A DNA stretch of 62,997 nucleotides, counting the filler, from a bacterium (lineage in GTDB: Bacteria > UBA9089 > CG2-30-40-21 > SBAY01): assembly GCA_040757115.1 (NCBI GenBank). It is 12 parts of 12 records of this genome, joined end to end, with 100 filler letters (N's around TTAATTAATTAA, not from the genome) between each part and the next. Parts side by side here need not be neighbours in the genome. Positions count along the whole stretch, not along the records: positions 49,828 to 53,096 come from JBFLYA010000342.1; positions 53,197 to 56,408 come from JBFLYA010000343.1; positions 56,509 to 59,713 come from JBFLYA010000344.1; positions 59,814 to 62,997 come from JBFLYA010000345.1; 8 more parts are not named here. One strand, written 5' to 3'. The first letter of the stretch is position 1. Each line of letters starts with the position of its first letter. The notes beneath the pieces were generated by a model. The model was not told where the DNA came from. It searched no databases and worked only from the letters and a program-made list of their open reading frames with translations. Shown piece by piece: positions 50,147 through 60,785 of this stretch. Made by a program: the position numbers and the translations under genes.

Positions 50147-52357
50147 TCACAACTTTACCTCCACCGTAACTGTCCTTCCAGGTGACTTGTAGAATTGATA
50201 ATACTTTCTATCAAAGAGATTATCGCAAGCTAAAGATAACCTCATATTTTCCTTGAAGGTATATCCGAGCTTCATATCTACCGTATTCACCTTATCATAC
50301 GCTCCATAGACACCCTTTATCACATCGCTATTATCCGAATAGCCATACATCTTATCTACAAAATGCCAGTTGCAAGAAAGGGCTAAGGCATTTTTATGGA
50401 AGGAAAGTCCAAAGTTAGCCATCTTCTCTGGTACAAACTCAAAATCCTTGCCAACCGTTTTCGGGTCGGCAAAATTTGATGTAATTTCCGTATTCTGCAG
50501 GGTATAATTGGCAAAGGCATCCCAGCTATCTGCAATCTTCATCTTACCCTCTATTTCAAACCCGGCTATCTTGCCACAACCTGCATTTTCTCTAACTGAA
50601 TAGGTGCCGGTAAGCCATCTGCTGTAGATAAGGTCATCTATCTTACTCTGGAAATATGTGGCAGAAAGGGTTATTTTACCTACCTGCTGGTCAATACCGA
50701 CTTCCCATGATTGTGTGGTTTCGCAAGAAAGTTCGGGATTACCTGCAAAGGTTCTACCGCTTTGAAATGACTGGGTGCGATATAATTCGTAGGTTGTTGG
50801 TGGTCTGAATGCCTTGCCCCAGGAGGCACGGAGACCATCCAATTTGTACAGCCCTTTTTCAAATTGCGGCTTGTAGAGAATACCAATCTTAGGAGAAAAA
50901 GAGGAATCATCTTTATCCGCATATTTTGTTGATTTTGTGCCATCAAGTAAAGAGGCATCGTATCTTTTCCAGGTATCGTATCTTGCACCCGGGAACAGTT
51001 TCAGGGTATCCATCAGTTGAACTTCACCTTGAGTGTAAAGGGAAATAGTCTTTGCCTTGCCACCTGCCTCATAACTCGCATCACCTATGGTTGATGTCTC
51101 ATCCTTCCAGTTGCTAATCCTCCAATCACGGGCTTTTGCAGAATCGTTTCGGTAACTCAAGCCTGCGGTGATAAGATTGGTTTCTCTGAAGGGAATATCC
51201 ACCTGCACCTCACCAAAAAATGTATTGCGTGGAGAGGTTTTGCTCAATTTGCCACGACCTCCATAGTAAGTTGCCCCGGTTTCTGGCGATACATAGAAAT
51301 TATTTGAATCAACGAGATTAAGCCTCCCTTTTAAGGCAATCTCGGAAAGATTGGTATCATAACCCAAACTATAGATATTATTTTCCGATTCTCCCCAGGT
51401 GCTTAAGAAATCCTTTGGGGAGACAGTCATCGTGCCTTCACCTGGTAACTCAACTGTCTTGTTATCAACCGGTATTCCATTTCCATCTACAAGGTTACTT
51501 TGTGGGTCACTATACCCATATTCCCACCTATTTCCATTGAACGAAAAGGAAAGATTGGATATGGGGTTCAGATAATAGGAGACTTTGCAACCATATTGGT
51601 TTTGGTCCCAATAGTTCTTCCCTTTATCCCCAATCAAGTAGGTTGATTTACCCTGCCTATCCATTGTTTTTTTCCAACCTGTAACCTTAGTTGTTGAAGT
51701 GCCCGGGGTTACGGATTTAGTCACTAAATCTGTCCTATCGCCCTCGCTTGTTTTCTTCTCAAGGTTGATGGAAAAAGATATTTTGCCCAGATTATTTCCA
51801 TAGTTTAGTATGTGGCAATAGGTGTTGAATGCAGAGACCGAGCTTTTGACCTCAAACGCCTCTTTTTGCGGTGATTTGGTGATAATATTTATCACCCCTC
51901 CCATCGCCTCTCCGCCGTAAAGGCTTGAAAAGGGGCCCTTTGCCACCTCTATTCTTTCAACATTCCCAATCGGTAAGTCATGCAGATATGTCCCACCCAC
52001 ATAGCTATCATTTAGTGGTATGCCATCAAGCAACACCAGTGTTCTCTGACCACCGCTAAACCCACGCAGTGTCACTCTACTCATCGTATCTGCAAATTTC
52101 TTTCGACCCTGTGTCACCCCTACCTCATATTTCAATGCCTCATCCACAAATGTTACCCTTGCCTTTTTTTCCATCTCTTCTTCTGTTACCACCGAAGCAC
52201 TCACCGGTACATCACCAATTCCTTTTTCTACTTTTGTTGCCGTTACCACTACATCCTCTAATTCAATTACTGTCGTTTTTGTCCCCTGTTGTTGAGCAAA
52301 AGCTGTTCCTGCCAGACACAAACTCATTCCTAATCCCATCCAAAAACCTTTTTTCAT
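50147..52357 (-). CDS. TonB-dependent receptor, probably a corrinoid transporter (BtuB-like)
   Basis: VVVTATK, IERIEVAKGP-type and NLFDRKY motifs; upstream cobalamin riboswitch. Confidence 0.88.
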   Translation of the reverse strand: MKKGFWMGLGMSLCLAGTAFAQQQGTKTTVIELEDVVVTATKVEKGIGDVPVSASVVTEEEMEKKARVTFVDEALKYEVGVTQGRKKFADTMSRVTLRGFSGGQRTLVLLDGIPLNDSYVGGTYLHDLPIGNVERIEVAKGPFSSLYGGEAMGGVINIITKSPQKEAFEVKSSVSAFNTYCHILNYGNNLGKISFSINLEKKTSEGDRTDLVTKSVTPGTSTTKVTGWKKTMDRQGKSTYLIGDKGKNYWDQNQYGCKVSYYLNPISNLSFSFNGNRWEYGYSDPQSNLVDGNGIPVDNKTVELPGEGTMTVSPKDFLSTWGESENNIYSLGYDTNLSEIALKGRLNLVDSNNFYVSPETGATYYGGRGKLSKTSPRNTFFGEVQVDIPFRETNLITAGLSYRNDSAKARDWRISNWKDETSTIGDASYEAGGKAKTISLYTQGEVQLMDTLKLFPGARYDTWKRYDASLLDGTKSTKYADKDDSSFSPKIGILYKPQFEKGLYKLDGLRASWGKAFRPPTTYELYRTQSFQSGRTFAGNPELSCETTQSWEVGIDQQVGKITLSATYFQSKIDDLIYSRWLTGTYSVRENAGCGKIAGFEIEGKMKIADSWDAFANYTLQNTEITSNFADPKTVGKDFEFVPEKMANFGLSFHKNALALSCNWHFVDKMYGYSDNSDVIKGVYGAYDKVNTVDMKLGYTFKENMRLSLACDNLFDRKYYQFYKSPGRTVTVEVKL

Positions 52358-52390
52358 TTAACAATACCTCCTTGTGTTACGATTTTAAAA

Positions 52391-52419
52391 ATTATAACAC
52401 AAAATAAGAAATCTGTCAA
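52391..52419 (-). promoter_or_regulatory. Consensus sigma70 promoter downstream of the riboswitch
   Basis: Minus strand TTGACA-17-TATAAT, about 35 nt before the ATG. Confidence 0.7.
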
Positions 52420-52443
52420 GTAAAAAATTACGAAAAGAGTAAT

Positions 52444-52659
52444 TATAGCACTTATTAATCGAAATTTGACATAGATATGGCTATGAAATTCCAAATCACA
52501 AATTCCAAATTCCATTTAGTGAATTAGTGAATTAAGCGAATTAGCGAATTAGTAAAATCTAATCTCTAATTCGCTTTTTGGTATGTGGAATTTGGTGCTT
52601 GGGATTTGGGATTTTTTACTTATCCACTCTGAGTAAAATTTTGACTAATAACTGCTATA
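52444..52659. mobile_element. Family D MITE
   Basis: Near-identical to 49096-49330 apart from repeat-unit number. Confidence 0.88.
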
Positions 52660-52700
52660 TTTTTAGTGTTGATACCTGATAGTTAAACGGTTACCAAAAA

Positions 52701-52733
52701 CAAAAAACCCAACCTTCGTCAAGAAAGTTGGGT
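52701..52733 (-). terminator. Intrinsic terminator of the riboswitch expression platform
   Basis: Minus strand ACCCAAC-loop-GTTGGGT followed by a T run. Confidence 0.75.
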
Positions 52734-52780
52734 ATAGATTTTACCTCTTTTTTCCCCTTCCACGAAGGTACTTTTCAAAA

Positions 52781-52917
52781 CAGGTAGTCGACCGGACTCA
52801 CTTTCAGAAGTCAGAAATCAGATTTTAAAGGTATGAGATTAACATCTGTTTTCTGTTTTCTTATTTATTACCGTTGCGGGACAGTGCCTTGAATCTCACA
52901 AGGACTTCCTCTACCTG
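52781..52917 (-). ncRNA. Cobalamin riboswitch
   Basis: Closing stem CAGGTAG/CTACCTG; AGGAAGTCCTTGTGAGATTCAAGGCACTGTCCCGCAACGGTAA core; B12-box-like GAGTCCGGTCGACT. Confidence 0.82.
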
Positions 52918-52972
52918 ATTGATTTTAAATAATTATATCATATCTTAAGTTAAAAAGTCAAGAGAAATTTTT

Positions 52973-53096
52973 CGACCTGTGCGGTTGGGAATTATCAATA
53001 ATGATGGGATAAGAAGTTAAAGAAAAGCGTTAATTTTGCCGATATAAATGGTAGCAACAATAAAAAAAGGAGGGCTACCAAATGGGAAATTATAAG
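52973..53096 (+). mobile_element. Left end of the CGACCTGTG IS with probable transposase start
   Basis: CGACCTGTGCGGTT end, AGGAGG RBS, ATG at 53082 running into the gap. Confidence 0.6.
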
Positions 53097-53333
53097 NNNN
53101 NNNNNNNNNNNNNNNNNNNNNNNNNNNNNNNNNNNNNNNNTTAATTAATTAANNNNNNNNNNNNNNNNNNNNNNNNNNNNNNNNNNNNNNNNNNNNGTTT
53201 TCCACAATCAATTTCTACCTATTTCTATAAATTTCAATCTATTTCTATTATCTTATCTCCATATCACTCTTATCTCCTTATCCCCTTTCTTACACTTTTG
53301 ATATATAGCCTGAACGGTTACCCTTTTTCTCGT

Positions 53334-54683
53334 TCAACAAAAGGTCGTGATATTTAAATCTGCTACTTTGCTGATTTGGTCAAATAAGATAGTCTGTTCT
53401 TGTTTTGTTTTCATATTCCTTAGTTTAAATGTAGAATTTGCCTTTTCATCCTCACCGACGATTACAGCAAAAGGTATTTTTGAGAGGTCAGCATATTCAA
53501 GGTTGCGACTGACCTTCCGCTCCATCACATCTATTTCTACCCTTAATTTTAATTGGCGTAATTTCTGAGCGATTTCTATGGCATAATCATTTACCCTGCC
53601 GCCAATAGGAATAATAAAAATTTGAGGTCTTCTGGCGTCTTTAGAGAGTTTATTTTCTTTTTCCAGGGCTAATTTTACCCGCTCTACGCCGTAGGCAAAT
53701 CCAATTGATGGAATATCTTTTTGTCCGCCCAATGTTCCAATTAATTCGTCATACCTACCACCACCACATATTTGATTTTCCGCACCGAGTGCATCACAAT
53801 ATACCTCAAAAATCATCCCGGTGTAATATTGTAGCCCTCTGCCAAAACCCAGATCAATCGTTATTTTGTTCCAGTTTAAATCTTTGAAATACTCAAGATT
53901 CTTAATAATGTTTTTTAATTCCTCTAAAGGTTTTGGATTAAGTTCATATTCAGTCACTAATGTTTCTATTCGAGTAAAAATGTTTTCTGGTTTGCCTTTA
54001 ATCTGCCTTAATTCTTGAATGAACTCTAATGCTTTATCTGTTTGTTTCTTCTGGCTTTTTATTTTTAATTCCTTAAGAATTTCATCAAATCCTTTACCTT
54101 TACTGAGTTCTTCCATTGCCTCGATAAGAAATGTTTTTATTTTCACATTTAGTTTTAACTTCTCCAATAATTCGGAGAGAAAGCCAATGTGTCCAATGAC
54201 GAGACGGTAATTTTCAAGCCCAAGGAGTTGTAATCCCAGAGAAGCGATAGCGATAACCTCTGTATCTGAAATTGGAGTTTTACTTCCAATTAATTCTATG
54301 CCGGCATGAGTAAATTGGCGGTATCTACCCAACTGTGGAGTATCGTATCTAAAAGCAGGACCGATATAGTAAAGTTTCACTGGTAATGGATTATTTTGTA
54401 AGTTATTAATAAAGGCTCGAACAACTGAAGCAGTTATTTCAGGTCGCAGACAAACACTTCGATTGCCGTAGTCTTTAAAGGTGTACATCTTGGAGATAAT
54501 CTCCTGTCCCGACTTTTTTAGATGTAGGTCTGTATATTCTACAATTGGGACCTCAATACAACTATAACCAAAGGATTCAAAAAAGGCCTTAATTTTATTT
54601 CGAATTTCCTCGTATTGATAATATTCTTCATAGCATAAATCAAATGTTCCCCTTACTCGTTGAACCGCAGATTCTTTAGCCAT
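53334..54683 (-). CDS. hisS: Histidine--tRNA ligase
   Basis: RGTFD, LRPEIT, GRYRQF, RGLQYYTG and GGGRYD motifs plus anticodon-binding domain. Confidence 0.9.
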   Translation of the reverse strand: MAKESAVQRVRGTFDLCYEEYYQYEEIRNKIKAFFESFGYSCIEVPIVEYTDLHLKKSGQEIISKMYTFKDYGNRSVCLRPEITASVVRAFINNLQNNPLPVKLYYIGPAFRYDTPQLGRYRQFTHAGIELIGSKTPISDTEVIAIASLGLQLLGLENYRLVIGHIGFLSELLEKLKLNVKIKTFLIEAMEELSKGKGFDEILKELKIKSQKKQTDKALEFIQELRQIKGKPENIFTRIETLVTEYELNPKPLEELKNIIKNLEYFKDLNWNKITIDLGFGRGLQYYTGMIFEVYCDALGAENQICGGGRYDELIGTLGGQKDIPSIGFAYGVERVKLALEKENKLSKDARRPQIFIIPIGGRVNDYAIEIAQKLRQLKLRVEIDVMERKVSRNLEYADLSKIPFAVIVGEDEKANSTFKLRNMKTKQEQTILFDQISKVADLNITTFC

Positions 54684-54975
54684 ATTTTTCTTCTCCACGC
54701 ATAATCCTGATAAATCTATCAATGATGTTAATTGTCTCTAAATCCTGGGTATAAGAGTAAATTGCAGATTTCCCATCACCTATTTTCTCTACAACCTTTA
54801 ATTTCACTAATTTTTCTAAATCATTTTCCACTTCCGATAAATTTTTATTTATCCAGCGGGCTAAATTTTTTGCTGTATCCATAGCAAATTGATTTTCATA
54901 AAAAAAATTAATTAACTCAGTTCTAATTGGAGATTTTGTAACTTCTTCAAGAAATTCGCTTACCGAAGGTATCAT
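54676..54975 (-). CDS. Small winged-helix-like hypothetical protein
   Basis: FFYEN...DTAKNLARW pattern; overlaps the hisS start. Confidence 0.6.
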   Translation of the reverse strand: MIPSVSEFLEEVTKSPIRTELINFFYENQFAMDTAKNLARWINKNLSEVENDLEKLVKLKVVEKIGDGKSAIYSYTQDLETINIIDRFIRIMRGEEKYG

Positions 54976-55152
54976 AACTTCACTCCTCTAATTGGTAACT
55001 GGTAATTGGTTAAATGGCTTCGTCATAAGCTAAATCGGACGGTATTTAATTACCAGTTACCAGAATCAAATTCCGTGCGTTATTTGTTCACCACGACACT
55101 AGCGGTAGTTAGTGGACAATAGTCCGTTTCACTAACTACTGTTCATTTTCCC

Positions 55153-56061
55153 TTAATATTTTACCATAGCTGAAATTATATGGGTATTGCCCAGGTCATA
55201 TTTGGCAAAGGCATAGTCTATTTGCCAATCTACACCTTTATAACCTAATCCGGTGGCTATATCACTGCCATAAAATCCTAATCTCCAGGCTATTTTCTGA
55301 TTAAATATTGCCTCTGTTCCTAACTGGAATTTGAATGAATCTCCTTTCTCATCGGCTATTCCTGTTGTAATGAGAATGTTATCAATTTTTGTTTTCCAGA
55401 GGTTTAAGTTTTTATTTAGATTAGTTGCTATGCCAAATTTGAATCCAAAACCAGGGTCGTTAATATTACTTGCTAAAATATTTCTCAGCATAACACCTAT
55501 CCTGACATTTTGTAGTTGTTTTGTGCCATATTTAGGTTTCATTAATATCCCTAAGTCTATGGCATAGCCCCGATGTTTATCCTTGGCATCTTCTGCCTTT
55601 AAAAATTTAAGATTACCGCCTGTGGATAAAGAAAAGGGAAGATTTTTCTTCAAGGTTAGCCTTTTTCCATAAGATAATCCGACCGTAGTTTCTGTTATAT
55701 CAGTTTTTTTAGTTTCACCGGATATTTTATCTACAACATCTTCGGCTAAATAAATCAGTCCTATGTTACCTTCCAAAAGATAAACATTAGGCTGAGTAAT
55801 ACAAAAAGAATCCATACTTGCTTTACTGACACCATATAAACTGGCATGACTGAAACTCATTCCTGTTATTTCACCAAGTTCAACTAAGCCAGCCGGATTC
55901 CAATAAATAGTTTCTATATCATCACATACAGCCACAACAGACTTACCCATCCCAAGATTTCTTGCCCCAATGCCTACATCTTTAAACCCCGCATAACTAT
56001 TACTTCCTCCAAAAATTACCGCACTAAGAATAACTAAAAGGTAAAATTCTTTTTTTAACAT
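55153..56061 (-). CDS. PorV/PorQ family protein
   Basis: GARNLGMG, YWNPAGL and DYAF...THIIS motifs. Confidence 0.8.
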   Translation of the reverse strand: MLKKEFYLLVILSAVIFGGSNSYAGFKDVGIGARNLGMGKSVVAVCDDIETIYWNPAGLVELGEITGMSFSHASLYGVSKASMDSFCITQPNVYLLEGNIGLIYLAEDVVDKISGETKKTDITETTVGLSYGKRLTLKKNLPFSLSTGGNLKFLKAEDAKDKHRGYAIDLGILMKPKYGTKQLQNVRIGVMLRNILASNINDPGFGFKFGIATNLNKNLNLWKTKIDNILITTGIADEKGDSFKFQLGTEAIFNQKIAWRLGFYGSDIATGLGYKGVDWQIDYAFAKYDLGNTHIISAMVKY

Positions 56062-56567
56062 TTCTTACAACCCCCTTTATTGTAATTATTTACCCCGCTG
56101 AAGTGAGCCTGTAGGTTCAAGAAGCAAAGGAATTTATTTTCTACCTTGCTTCTTGAATCCTGTTGACAACTATTGCTTGTTGTTTCACTTCAGATGTTAG
56201 AGAACAGAAGTCAGATTTTATAGTACGTGTTTAGCGTGTTCCAAATTGCATTGATTTGAGATGTATCTCTTTGTTAAACAAAAGGAGTTTAATGCAAATA
56301 TCAAAATGTAAAAATCAAAATTACAAAGCAAAATGCAAAAATACTTGTAAGGCAATAAAAAAAATCAAATATTAAAAATCAAAAATAAGAATAAAAGAAT
56401 TCCTTAATNNNNNNNNNNNNNNNNNNNNNNNNNNNNNNNNNNNNNNNNNNNNTTAATTAATTAANNNNNNNNNNNNNNNNNNNNNNNNNNNNNNNNNNNN
56501 NNNNNNNNCAAATCCTATTTTGCAGAACCCTACTGATGCAGGCAGTATCACGGATACTGCACCCTGT

Positions 56568-57068
56568 TCATTTTTGGCTATCCTTCATCACCCCCTTTTT
56601 CATCATTTTCCGCCTCATCCAATCACCCTGCCTATGCTCCATCCTCTGCATAATAAACTTAAAGAATCTCTTTTGCTCCTCAGGTGTAAGCTCACTTTTA
56701 ACCTCGCAGAGGTGTTTAACAAGTTTTGACTGGATTTTTCCTTCCAGTGCCTGGATGTTTTTCAACTTCTCATCAATCTCTTTTTGATTCACACGAGGTT
56801 CAAGAAGAAGGCGAATTAGTTCCTTTCCCTTCCTCTTCAATTCATTTCTTATAGGTTTCATCTCAGACATCATTGTTCTTCTTAGCGCCTCTATTCTAAC
56901 TGATTTCTCTTTAGATAGACCAAATCTTTCCTTGTAGAATGGACAGAATTTATCCTTAAATGGGGGTGGTGGGGGAGGTTGCCAGTGATGCCTCACCATC
57001 ATCCCCAGAAAACCTAAATTAAGTGCAACTGATAGTACAAAGGCTAAGATAAATAATTTTCCTCTCAT
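56568..57068 (-). CDS. Periplasmic heavy-metal sensor (Spy/CpxP/ZraP-like)
   Basis: SVALNLGF anchor and LTPEEQ motif. Confidence 0.8.
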   Translation of the reverse strand: MRGKLFILAFVLSVALNLGFLGMMVRHHWQPPPPPPFKDKFCPFYKERFGLSKEKSVRIEALRRTMMSEMKPIRNELKRKGKELIRLLLEPRVNQKEIDEKLKNIQALEGKIQSKLVKHLCEVKSELTPEEQKRFFKFIMQRMEHRQGDWMRRKMMKKGVMKDSQK

Positions 57069-57517
57069 TATCCTTCCTCCTCTGCAAAGATTATATTGCC
57101 TGCTGACCATTCAGGAAAATCAGCAAAGCTATCGAGATAGATGGAACTTGTGAACTCATTATCCAGCTGTCTAAGATAGCCATTTTTTGAATAAAAGGTT
57201 TGCCCCAGAAAGATACCTATAAGAATACCTGCGGTAGCAGTGGCGATGATAGGAGCGGGTTTCAATATCAATTCCTGCCACCAGGACAGATATTCTTTGC
57301 TCACGGTTGCCGCGGTCAGGATTTTTTGAATGAGATAAACAGGTGGTTCAACAGGTTTGAGTTTGAGTAGAATATCCCAGCTCGCGGATAGATCCTCCAG
57401 TTCCTTTGAACAAGTCGGACAATCTAATAAATGCCCCTTAATCTCTTTTTTTTCCTTACTTTTAATTTCACCGTCTAAAAAAGCGGATAGCCTTCTTTGC
57501 ACCTTTTTGCATCTCAT
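57068..57517 (-). CDS. Zinc-finger (zf-HC2) anti-sigma factor
   Basis: LSAFLDGE...HLLDCPTC motif and a TM helix. Confidence 0.88.
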   Translation of the reverse strand: MRCKKVQRRLSAFLDGEIKSKEKKEIKGHLLDCPTCSKELEDLSASWDILLKLKPVEPPVYLIQKILTAATVSKEYLSWWQELILKPAPIIATATAGILIGIFLGQTFYSKNGYLRQLDNEFTSSIYLDSFADFPEWSAGNIIFAEEEG

Positions 57518-57533
57518 CGTTTTTTATCTCCTA

Positions 57534-58115
57534 TTATTTTAAACACTGATTATCCCCAAAACTTGCGGATAATTTTTCCTTTAATTTTTGTTTTGCCCGA
57601 AAGATAAGAGATTCAACCGCAGAGACAGAACAGCCAAGCACTTCAGCCACCTCCTTGTAAGAAAGGTTATGGAATCTTTGCAATATCACTGCCAGTCGTT
57701 GATTTTCTGGTAGAGAGGCTAAAGCCTGCTCAATTAAAATACCAACCTCTTTTTTCTTATATCGGACTTCAGGGCTGTAATGCTCTGGAGCCTGAATATC
57801 GGTATATTTCTCATCTTCATCCAGAGAAAACAACCGAAACCGATTTCTCTTCCTTAATTTATTGAGGCAAAGGTTACGGGCAATCTTAAAAAGATAAGTG
57901 GTAAATTTGGCTTGAGGCTTATATCTTTTCGCTGAACTATAAACCCTTAAGAAGACTTCCTGGGTTAAGTCTTCTGTTTCTTCATAATTGGCAAGCAAGC
58001 GATAGATAAAATTAAAAAGCGGTAATTGGTAGCGTGTTAAGAGCTCAGTAAAGGCGGCTGTATCATCCATAGCTACCCTGTTCATCAGTTCTGCATCAGA
58101 TATTTTTCTATCCAC
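57534..58115 (-). CDS. ECF RNA polymerase sigma factor
   Basis: EDLTQEVF, LSYKEVAEVLG and LIFRAK motifs. Confidence 0.92.
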   Translation of the reverse strand: MDRKISDAELMNRVAMDDTAAFTELLTRYQLPLFNFIYRLLANYEETEDLTQEVFLRVYSSAKRYKPQAKFTTYLFKIARNLCLNKLRKRNRFRLFSLDEDEKYTDIQAPEHYSPEVRYKKKEVGILIEQALASLPENQRLAVILQRFHNLSYKEVAEVLGCSVSAVESLIFRAKQKLKEKLSASFGDNQCLK

Positions 58116-58532
58116 TCAAAAAAGCCTCCATCTGTATAAACACCAGTTTGTCTAAAAACTTGCGAAGAAAAATAGAATCAGGGTAACTGTAATTCAGACA
58201 CTGGACATCAGACACAAGACTATAGACTCTATTTATGCAGGAAATTAGTGACATTTGGGAAACCATCCTCAAAACTTCACTCCCTGAATTTTTCCTAAGC
58301 CTTACCTATGTCAGTGACAGTGTCAGTGAAGAAACTCCTTCAACTCATCCAACACTTCCAACTCTTTCTACTCTTTCAACTCTTCCAGCAGAAGTATAAG
58401 CAGGTCTCTCAAGCCTTCATTCTTCTGCAATTTCTGCCCGCTTTAGTCTGAGCTCTGATGTCTATAATCTACTGTCTAAATCACAGATTTGCCTACCAGT
58501 AATTCTCGGTGAAAAAGTTCGACCTGTGTAAG

Positions 58533-59171
58533 TTAGAAATCAGCCAATTGCACCCGTCCTTGCATAGGTTTGAGATGGCAGGACTCATTATGCTGTGTCA
58601 GAACAAAATTGTTATCTATATAATCAAAGATAGAAAAACAAGCCGTATCCTGTTTTACTTGCCAAAAAGCCGCATTGTCTAATCCTAATAAGGCGCAAAT
58701 TAATATTTTATTAATGACACGATGTGAAACGATAGCAATTGTTTCATTCGGATGTTGATTGAGGAGCTGGTTCAACCTGGTAACTACGCGTCTTCTGACC
58801 TCATTTAAACTCTCACCTTCAGGGATTTTTAGGAGATGTGGGTCTTTTTGCCATTTCTGGTAGAGAGCGGGGAATGACTCTTTTACCTCCTCAAGCGATT
58901 TTCCTTCCCAACGCCCATAACTCATATCAATAAAATGCTCATCAATAGTTACTTCAAGATGATGATATTTAGCAATAGGAATTGCGGTATTAACTGCTCG
59001 TTTAAGAGGACTGCAATACACGGTCTGGATTTGAAATTCACCTAAGGCTTTCGCTAAAAGTTTAGCCTGGGATCGTCCTGTCTCATCAAGGTCAATATCA
59101 ATTCTACCCCGAAAAATCTCCTCTTTATTCCATACTGTCTGTCCATGTCGGACTAAGATAATCTTTGTCAT
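58533..59171 (-). CDS. Histidine phosphatase (PGM/CobC family)
   Basis: LVRHGQT, SPLKRA, GES and VSH motifs. Confidence 0.9.
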   Translation of the reverse strand: MTKIILVRHGQTVWNKEEIFRGRIDIDLDETGRSQAKLLAKALGEFQIQTVYCSPLKRAVNTAIPIAKYHHLEVTIDEHFIDMSYGRWEGKSLEEVKESFPALYQKWQKDPHLLKIPEGESLNEVRRRVVTRLNQLLNQHPNETIAIVSHRVINKILICALLGLDNAAFWQVKQDTACFSIFDYIDNNFVLTQHNESCHLKPMQGRVQLADF

Positions 59172-59358
59172 TTTTTATCCTCTTTTTAAAAGTATAGTCA
59201 TTTTTGACATAAAGTCAAGAAAAAAGTAACCATCGGGTGCCTGTAATAAATACCCTCCCTGCTTCTTTGCAAAAAACGAAACCAGTCCTGAAGAGTAAAA
59301 AATCTTCGCACAAAAACTCCTTGAAATAATCCAATTTTTTATCTCCCCAAAATTTTTT

Positions 59359-59713
59359 CGACCTGTGAAATAGGAATATTTTGATCGTGGTTAGTATAAG
59401 AAGGGGGATAAGGGGATAAAGGAGATATGGAGATATCAAAAGAATATCAAGAAAATTTACTTACTGAGATAATAATTCAATGTATTATTAAGGTACACCA
59501 GACACTGGATCCAGGTTTTCTGGAAAGTATTTACCGCAGGGCAATGGTAATTGAACTTACAAAACAGGGATTGAGAGTTGAGACAAAGAAAGAAATACTA
59601 ATCTACTACGAAGGAGAAGAAATTGGGAAACACAGATTGGATATTCTTGTAGAAAGCAAGGTAATAGTAGAACTAAAAACGGTGGAGGAATTAAGCAAAG
59701 CTCATTATGCTCA
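59359..59713 (+). mobile_element. Second copy of the GxxExxY-carrying element (cut by gap); CDS starts at 59427
   Basis: Nearly identical to 23520-23873 with a few substitutions. Confidence 0.9.
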
Positions 59714-59813
59714 NNNNNNNNNNNNNNNNNNNNNNNNNNNNNNNNNNNNNNNNNNNNTTAATTAATTAANNNNNNNNNNNNNNNNNNNNNNNNNNNNNNN
59801 NNNNNNNNNNNNN

Positions 59814-60006
59814 ATCCAGAACCACTTTTCCACCCCTCTTCAGACTTTGCGATTATCAAAACAACCGCTGGTTTTACTTCGGCAATAGTCTTCCACTGGG
59901 TTTGAGTCTTCTTAATAACCTCTCCTTGACTTCTACTTATGAAAGCTATTAAACTACACAAAACAACAAAGAAAAAAGCACTTGTTTTTCTTCTATATCT
60001 TCTCAT
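59814..60006 (-). CDS. Trypsin-like serine protease N-terminal fragment
   Basis: Signal/TM then VKPAVVLI...GSG; cut by gap. Confidence 0.65.
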
Positions 60007-60227
60007 TTTTTTCACATCCTGATAGGAATTTGTTTTTGGGGCATTTTTTGCTTTGCAACATTTTGCGGACGCAACATACTTCGTATTCTCGCTTTGCTTG
60101 AATTCAGATGTCCTGTAAATAATACTCCATTCCATTAGCAGTTTTATTTTAATTCGGCCAAATATAAGGTAACATAGATAAACTAATTTGTCAACAAAAA
60201 TTTCCACCTGTGCAGTTAATTTCAGAA

Positions 60228-60352
60228 AGAGCGTTGCAAATAGTTTTTAGTTATGGTGCGGGTTTGGGATGAATTTTGGGTGATAAAAGATGACAAAGCT
60301 ATAAAAAAGAGATAATCTGGTTAGTTGACATCAAGATGAGGAGAGACTATAT
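60228..60352. repeat. Dispersed IS-end-like repeat
   Basis: Inverted, diverged copy at about 46691-46819. Confidence 0.65.
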
Positions 60353-60548
60353 AGGATAGTAACTATTTAGCCACAGATGGACACGGATGAAACACCGAAA
60401 ATTCGTGACCTAAAAATATCCGCAGATTACGCAGATTTCACAGATTTTTAATTTTTTATCTCCCCCGCTGGCGGCTGACATTACCCGAAAATTTCAAAAA
60501 TTGGGTAGCCATAATTTTTAAGTTGTGATTTTATGTGATTTTTTCACG

Positions 60549-60785
60549 GTAAGCGTTCAGGTGGTGTAACAAAAGGAGATGTGGAGATTAAGGAGATAGG
60601 GAGATATTATTAAAAAAATTGAAATTAATAGAAACTAATAGAAATTTATGGAAATTTGTTGTTTTCCACAATCAATTTCTACCTATTTCTATAAATTTCA
60701 ATCTATTTCTATTATCTTATCTCCATATCACTCTTATCTCCTTATCCCCTTTCTTACACTTTTGATATATAGCCTGAACGGTTAC
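60549..60785. mobile_element. Complete 237-bp IS66-like MITE
   Basis: Same TIRs and length as 30541-30777. Confidence 0.92.

Noticed and set aside
53334-54683. HisZ rather than HisS
   Set aside because: Retains the catalytic motifs and the C-terminal anticodon domain.
58183-58500. Possible decayed gene between CAGACAC-type repeats
   Set aside because: Repeat arms are visible but no convincing reading frame could be reconstructed.
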